Assembly: GCA_964247135.1 (NCBI GenBank)
Contig: CAXTTL010000145.1
Span: 1 to 12,185, forward strand
Length of the DNA: 12,185 nt
Direction of reading: 5' to 3'
DNA from: an uncultured Deinococcales bacterium
GTDB lineage: Bacteria > Deinococcota > Deinococci > Deinococcales > JAAFIG01
The notes under the pieces were generated by a model. That model made no database searches and had not been told where the DNA came from. It saw nothing but the letters and a program-made list of their open reading frames with translations. The stretch's first letter is position 1. Every line of letters starts with the position of its first letter. Both the position numbers and the translations under genes were made by a program. Of this stretch, positions 8,405 through 12,185 are shown one piece after another.

Positions 8405-8787
8405 GAGACCAACCCACTTTTACGGACAGCGACATGGATGGCTTTGACCAGTTGCGCGTAGGTGGCGCCGGCAGCTTCGGGCTGCGCCACGATCATGGCT
8501 TCCATCGCGGGTAAATCCATGCGGCGCACGGCTTCGCGGATGCGACGGCGGACTTTGTTGCGGACCACGGCTTTGCCCACTTTTTTAGACACGACGATTC
8601 CCACCACCACCTCGAGCCTTTTGGTTTTGATCCAGCGCAAACTCAGTAAATTGCTGCGTCCAGCTTTGCCTTTGGCACGAACCCGCCTGAAACGCCAGTC
8701 GCCACTTAAACTGGCGTAAGGCAGTGGTTTGAAAGGTCGAAGTGAATCAACACGAGCCTCGAGTGTGTGGTCTCGAGGCTCGGTCAT
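8401..8787 (-). CDS. rnpA: Ribonuclease P protein component
   Basis: [24 protein letters not shown] is an RNR-type motif. ATG 8787 has GGAG 6 nt upstream and gives 128 aa. Lies between rpmH and yidD. Confidence 0.95.
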   Translation of the reverse strand: MTEPRDHTLEARVDSLRPFKPLPYASLSGDWRFRRVRAKGKAGRSNLLSLRWIKTKRLEVVVGIVVSKKVGKAVVRNKVRRRIREAVRRMDLPAMEAMIVAQPEAAGATYAQLVKAIHVAVRKSGLVS

Positions 8788-8839
8788 GATGGTCTCCAAA
8801 TTCTGAACGAAATGGTTTACACCATCCCGTACAAGAGGC

Positions 8840-8992
8840 TTATTGGAAGTGTGGGCTGCTGACGGCAATGGTCTTGCGACCTTTTGCGCGGCGGCGCGAC
8901 AGCACGGCGCGACCCGTGGCGGTGCTCATACGAGCGCGGAATCCGTGGGTTTTGGCGCGTTTACGACGGTTTGGTTGCCAAGTACGTTTCAT
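8840..8992 (-). CDS. rpmH: 50S ribosomal protein L34
   Basis: Manual translation gives [50 protein letters not shown] (50 aa). GAGG RBS at 9001-9004. Too short for the ORF track. Confidence 0.98.
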   Translation of the reverse strand: MKRTWQPNRRKRAKTHGFRARMSTATGRAVLSRRRAKGRKTIAVSSPHFQ

Positions 8993-9060
8993 AGTGTGAA
9001 CCTCAGAACGCTCAGTCTCGAGCCAGTCATTTCCTGCCTCGAGTTGAGGCTAGCCTTGGA

Positions 9061-9069
9061 AATATAGCA
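9061..9069 (-). promoter_or_regulatory. Putative extended -10 promoter (TG-C-TATATT) of the rpmH operon
   Basis: The minus strand reads TGCTATATT about 70 nt upstream of the rpmH ATG. Confidence 0.5.
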
Positions 9070-9074
9070 CAGCT

Positions 9075-10910
9075 TTAGATTGCTGGCAACAGCACCCGAA
9101 CACTGAACACGGGCAACTCGAGGATTCCGTCTGTTGCCGTGAATTGCTCGAGCGTCAGAACGTCTTGCCAGACACCTGTTTCGACGCCAGCCAGTTTGAG
9201 GTCGAGTTGCAAGGTGCTCGCAACCGAACCTCGGGTGGCGGCGACAATCGCCACATCGGCGCGTCCAGCGGCATCGGTGAAGGCTCGAGAGAAGGCGATG
9301 GTTTCATCCCCAGTCCCCAACCAGATCAGGTTTCCGGCTTGCAACGCGCGGCTCGAGCGTCGGGCGCGAATCAGTTTTTTGACATCCTCGCACAAGTTTT
9401 TGTTCCACCGCTTTTCATCCCAGATCATCGGGGCGCGGTTGAGTGGGTCGCCGCCGCCCATCATGCCGATCTCGTCGCCGTAATAAATGCCTGGGACGCC
9501 AGGGTACGCCAGCATCAGCGCCAGCGCGGTACGGTGCTTGGTCACGTCACCCTTCAAGCGCTCGAGCAACCTTGGGATGTCGTGCGAACCCACCAGGTTG
9601 TAATGGCTCATGCGCATGGGTGTCGGCACGACGCGGTAGCTCTCGAGGAGGACATGCTCGAGTTCACTGGTGGGAACTTGAACCGGACGATCAAAGATGC
9701 TCCAGCCGCTCAACCAGTCGGTGACGGGCAGCCCAAAGCCCTGGTAGTTCATCACGCCGTCCTCGCCGCCACCCGCAAAATTGGCGGCATCGTTCGCTCC
9801 TTGCAGCGCGGCTTCGGCATCCCAGAAACGCTCGCCGAAGACCCACGCCTCGGGGTTCTCGAGCCTGGCGGCGGCTTTCAGGCGTTTGTGAATCTCGAGG
9901 TTGCCATCGTCGCGCCCAGAAGCGCCCATCATGTGCGCGACATCAAGCCGCCAACCGTCCGCGCCAAACCGCAACCAGAACCGCACGGGCGCGGTTTCCT
10001 CCTCAAGAAAATGCTCGAACGTCATGGCTGAGGCGAAATCGAGCTTGGGCAAGGTCGGCACGCCGAAGAACGCCTCGTACTTGCCGCTCGCCAAGAAGGT
10101 GTACATCTGGCGGTGCAAGCCGTCTTTCAGGGCGCTTTGAAAGGCAGGCAGTTGATCGCCCGTGTGGTTGAACACACCGTCCAGAATAATCTTAAAGCCC
10201 CTGGCATGAGCCGCCTCGAGCAATTCTTTTAAAGCATTTTCGCCGCCCAAATGCGGGTCGATCTCGAGAAAATTTTGAATGTCGTAACGGTGGTTGCTGG
10301 GGCTGGTAAAAATCGGGTTGAGGTAAATGCCGTTGACACCCAGCTCCTCGAGGTAATCCAGGCGTTTGGTAATCCCCTGCAAATCGCCGCCAAAGTGCTC
10401 AAAAACGTTTCCGGCTCTGGTTGGCAGTTCGTTCCACGCTTTTTTGACCACCGGTTTTTTGCCGTAGATGTATTCCCCAGTTTGCACATCGTTGCTGGGG
10501 TCGCCGTTCTCAAATCGGTCTGGGAAAATCTGGTAAAACACCCTGTCCTCGAGCCAGTCGGGACGGTGATGGTCAGCCAAGAATTGAAAATAATCGCGGA
10601 ACGGCGGGTTGACCCTCGAGACGCCACGGTTGGAGAGTTGCACAGAATCGGTGTCTGTCAAAACGCTAAAAATGTATTTGGTGGTGAGGGCATGAAGCTC
10701 GAGCTTGCCCTCAAAATATTGAAACGCACCCTCGGTTTTGAAAAATTTCATGGGTTTGCGATTCATTTCGCCGTACTTCAGCACCACCAACGCCACCTCT
10801 TTGGGTTTGACATCCGCCGGCAACCGCAGCCGCACCGTCAGGGTATCGCCAAGTTTTGCCTCAGGGTGAGAGGTGTAAAACGGTGTCGCATCGTGATACA
10901 AATAATTCAT
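9075..10910 (-). CDS. GH13 alpha-amylase-family glycosidase (maltodextrin glucosidase MalZ / neopullulanase-like)
   Basis: Motifs FYQIFPDRF, GGDLQGI, DGVFNH, GWRLDVAH (nucleophile D), GERF (acid/base E), GSHD, YYGDEIG and DPLNRAPM. TGGAGGT RBS. No signal peptide. Confidence 0.93.
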   Translation of the reverse strand: MNYLYHDATPFYTSHPEAKLGDTLTVRLRLPADVKPKEVALVVLKYGEMNRKPMKFFKTEGAFQYFEGKLELHALTTKYIFSVLTDTDSVQLSNRGVSRVNPPFRDYFQFLADHHRPDWLEDRVFYQIFPDRFENGDPSNDVQTGEYIYGKKPVVKKAWNELPTRAGNVFEHFGGDLQGITKRLDYLEELGVNGIYLNPIFTSPSNHRYDIQNFLEIDPHLGGENALKELLEAAHARGFKIILDGVFNHTGDQLPAFQSALKDGLHRQMYTFLASGKYEAFFGVPTLPKLDFASAMTFEHFLEEETAPVRFWLRFGADGWRLDVAHMMGASGRDDGNLEIHKRLKAAARLENPEAWVFGERFWDAEAALQGANDAANFAGGGEDGVMNYQGFGLPVTDWLSGWSIFDRPVQVPTSELEHVLLESYRVVPTPMRMSHYNLVGSHDIPRLLERLKGDVTKHRTALALMLAYPGVPGIYYGDEIGMMGGGDPLNRAPMIWDEKRWNKNLCEDVKKLIRARRSSRALQAGNLIWLGTGDETIAFSRAFTDAAGRADVAIVAATRGSVASTLQLDLKLAGVETGVWQDVLTLEQFTATDGILELPVFSVRVLLPAI

Positions 10911-10936
10911 ACAACCTCCAAAAAAACTCGAGAAAC

Positions 10937-10979
10937 AAAAAAATCGGACACGCTCTTCGGTTGAAGAGGTCGTGCCCGA
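10937..10979 (-). terminator. Intrinsic terminator just upstream of the GH13 gene
   Basis: The minus-strand RNA reads UCGGGCACG-AC-CUCUUC-AACC-GAAGAG-CGUGUCCGA-UUUUUUU. One pair is G-U on the minus strand but A-C on the plus strand, which supports the minus orientation. Confidence 0.75.
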
Positions 10980-11084
10980 GTGGACAAGCGTTGCCTTTAA
11001 GCTGTGACCAGATTTTTCTTGAACCGAGTGTACAACAAAACCCCCAAGCTCGAGATGAGAACTGATTTTAAAACGCTAGCAATT

Positions 11085-11363
11085 TCATGATTTCAGCAAA
11101 CGCGCCAGGTCTTTGTACACTCGAGAACGATGACCGATCAGCCGCACTCGCATGACAGTATCAGCCTCAAAATCGTAAACAATCCGGTAATCACCAACCC
11201 GCAACTTGTAAAAACCCTCAAAATTCCCTTCGAGCGCTTCAGGGGCAACATCATTCTCGAGAAACCAACTGAGCTTCTCGACGATTCGTTGTTTTAAAGC
11301 TGCCTCGAGATTCGCAAAATCTTTTTCTGCCGCTGGTGAGAGCAGCAAACGAAATCTCACCAT
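11085..11363 (-). CDS. RelE/ParE-family type II toxin
   Basis: Reads RFRLLLSPAAEKDF...LEGNFEGFYKLRVGDYRIVY...IGHRSRVYK. The start (ATG 11363 or GTG 11360) overlaps the end of the upstream small gene. Confidence 0.9.
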   Translation of the reverse strand: MVRFRLLLSPAAEKDFANLEAALKQRIVEKLSWFLENDVAPEALEGNFEGFYKLRVGDYRIVYDFEADTVMRVRLIGHRSRVYKDLARLLKS

Positions 11364-11557
11364 TTGAAACCGTGTTTGAGAGCTAAATCTTCGATGCTGA
11401 TACAATCTTTGGTTTCAAGTGGTTGTGACAAAATCTCAATCACTTCATCACTGAGTTCAAGACCCGCATCGGGGTCTTTCTCGAGCATCGTTTCACGCAC
11501 GGTCTCCCGAATGATGGCACGAAATTCTTCAATGGTTAAATCGGCGACCCGTTGCAT
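11357..11557 (-). CDS. Putative cognate antitoxin
   Basis: 66-aa acidic protein directly upstream of and overlapping the RelE-like gene, ending in ISIEDLALKHG. Function inferred from context. Confidence 0.75.
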   Translation of the reverse strand: MQRVADLTIEEFRAIIRETVRETMLEKDPDAGLELSDEVIEILSQPLETKDCISIEDLALKHGFKW

Positions 11558-11563
11558 GAAAAA

Positions 11564-11569
11564 AGTTTA
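11564..11569 (-). promoter_or_regulatory. Putative -10 box (TAAACT) of a leaderless TA transcript
   Basis: TAAACT lies 6 nt upstream of ATG 11557 and there is no SD. Confidence 0.55.
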
Positions 11570-11592
11570 AACCCAACAAAGTCAAAAATCCA

Positions 11593-11620
11593 GTAGGGGC
11601 GCTGCTTGCCGCGCCCTTAC
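11593..11620. repeat. Intergenic GTAG-type REP-like palindrome
   Basis: GTAGGGGCGC-TGCTTGCC-GCGCCCTTAC has arms matching at 9 of 10 positions and lies just downstream of the metallophosphoesterase stop. Confidence 0.75.
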
Positions 11621-11632
11621 GCACATTTAAAA

Positions 11633-11941
11633 CTATTTCCCAACCTCAAGCCTTGCCGCCAGCATGTCCGGTAAACCCGCCGCCCTGATTTTTTGTTGGG
11701 TGACCTCGAGATCGTACTTGACGCGGTGAACTTCAAAAATACCTTTGGCGTAATCGTAAATGCCGTAACTGGCGTGCGGGTTGCCGTCCCTGGGTTGACC
11801 GACGCTGCCAGGGTTGGCAATCCACCTGGCTTTGGGCGGCATTGCCAGACGGTTGTGCGCGTCCTCCATGCCCTGCCAGCGCGTCCACTCGCCGTTCGGA
11901 GAGTTGATCGTGGCATACACCCCAGGTTTGTGGGTGTGACC
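11633..11941 (-). pseudogene. C-terminal half of a calcineurin-like metallophosphoesterase, 5'-truncated in this sequence
   Basis: Reads GHTHKPG...[17 protein letters not shown]...HRVKYD...[15 protein letters not shown]. The frame hits TGA at 12023-12025 upstream, and no DxH, GD, GNH or HGSP motif context is seen in any frame. May be an assembly artefact rather than a true pseudogene. Confidence 0.7.
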
Positions 11942-12059
11942 GCGAGGTTTGGCGGAATGGCCAAGTTTGACTCCCGCCTCACCTGAATCGCAGCTGAAAT
12001 CGGAGCTAGGGCTGCGCGGGGTTCAATTTGTTCAATTGGCCAAACGCGCCTGGCGGGAG

Positions 12060-12185
12060 TTACTTTTTGAAGTTGTCGAGCGTGGAACAGTCGCGCACGT
12101 AGATCGGCACATTGTTGGAGGCCGTGATGTAAGTGCTGCGACAATCCTGAACGAGAATGCCGGTCAGCTGTTGGAAATCGGTACC
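12060..12185 (-). CDS. Possible 3' end of an unrelated gene (partial)
   Basis: The frame is open from the window edge as GTDFQQLTGILVQDCRSTYITASNNVPIYVRDCSTLDNFKK* with mostly C/G-ending codons. Too short to assign. Confidence 0.35.
   Translation of the reverse strand, partial: GTDFQQLTGILVQDCRSTYITASNNVPIYVRDCSTLDNFKK

Noticed and set aside
8788-8996. Thermus-type rnpA that starts upstream of and fully overlaps rpmH (suggested by the track's extension to TTG 8868)
   Set aside because: The rnpA frame has a TGA at 8926-8928 inside rpmH, and ATG 8787 has its own GGAG RBS.
8993-9074. oriC/dnaA region next to rpmH
   Set aside because: There is no dnaA gene and no TTATCCACA-type box was seen. 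The upstream gene is a GH13 glycosidase.
6403-10964. Long plus-strand ORFs (6403..7230, 7534..7914, 9144..10031, 10251..10964)
   Set aside because: They are antisense shadows of yidC and the GH13 gene, with no motifs or RBS support.
746-11631. TTTAAA as a second iterated palindrome (about 16 copies by manual count)
   Set aside because: It is plausibly explained by the strong AA/TT run bias of the sequence, and a Markov-corrected count would be needed to claim more.
11617-12144. 175-aa minus-strand ORF from the track
   Set aside because: It is an alternative frame over the metallophosphoesterase fragment, has no motifs and spans the breakpoint.
1-12185. CRISPR array, tRNA/rRNA, transposase or integrase; also CTCGAG as a cloning artefact
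   Set aside because: No regularly spaced repeats, RNA gene signatures or recombinase ORFs were seen. The CTCGAG sites sit within intact reading frames in all phases, which does not fit ligation junctions.

Overview
Bacterial chromosomal window, probably Deinococcota (inferred from the YidD/YidC/TsaB sequences and from -10 boxes sitting directly on start codons). From left to right it holds a partial hypothetical CDS, three tandem paralogous small lipoproteins, an MFS transporter coupled to tsaB, a VC0807-like membrane protein, an aldo/keto reductase and a SnoaL/NTF2-like protein. It continues with the rpmH-rnpA-yidD-yidC operon (rpmH is missing from the ORF track), a GH13 maltodextrin glucosidase-like gene, a RelE-type toxin-antitoxin pair and a 5'-truncated metallophosphoesterase joined to apparently unrelated sequence. 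The strongest unexplained signal is the palindrome CTCGAG, about 94 copies by manual count against about 3 expected, present in all codon phases and in intergenic hairpins, like a highly iterated palindrome (HIP). Other notable signals are GTAG-type REP palindromes lying in frame in an N-terminal extension of YidD, a terminator-containing leader in front of the GH13 gene, and a breakpoint near 11942.
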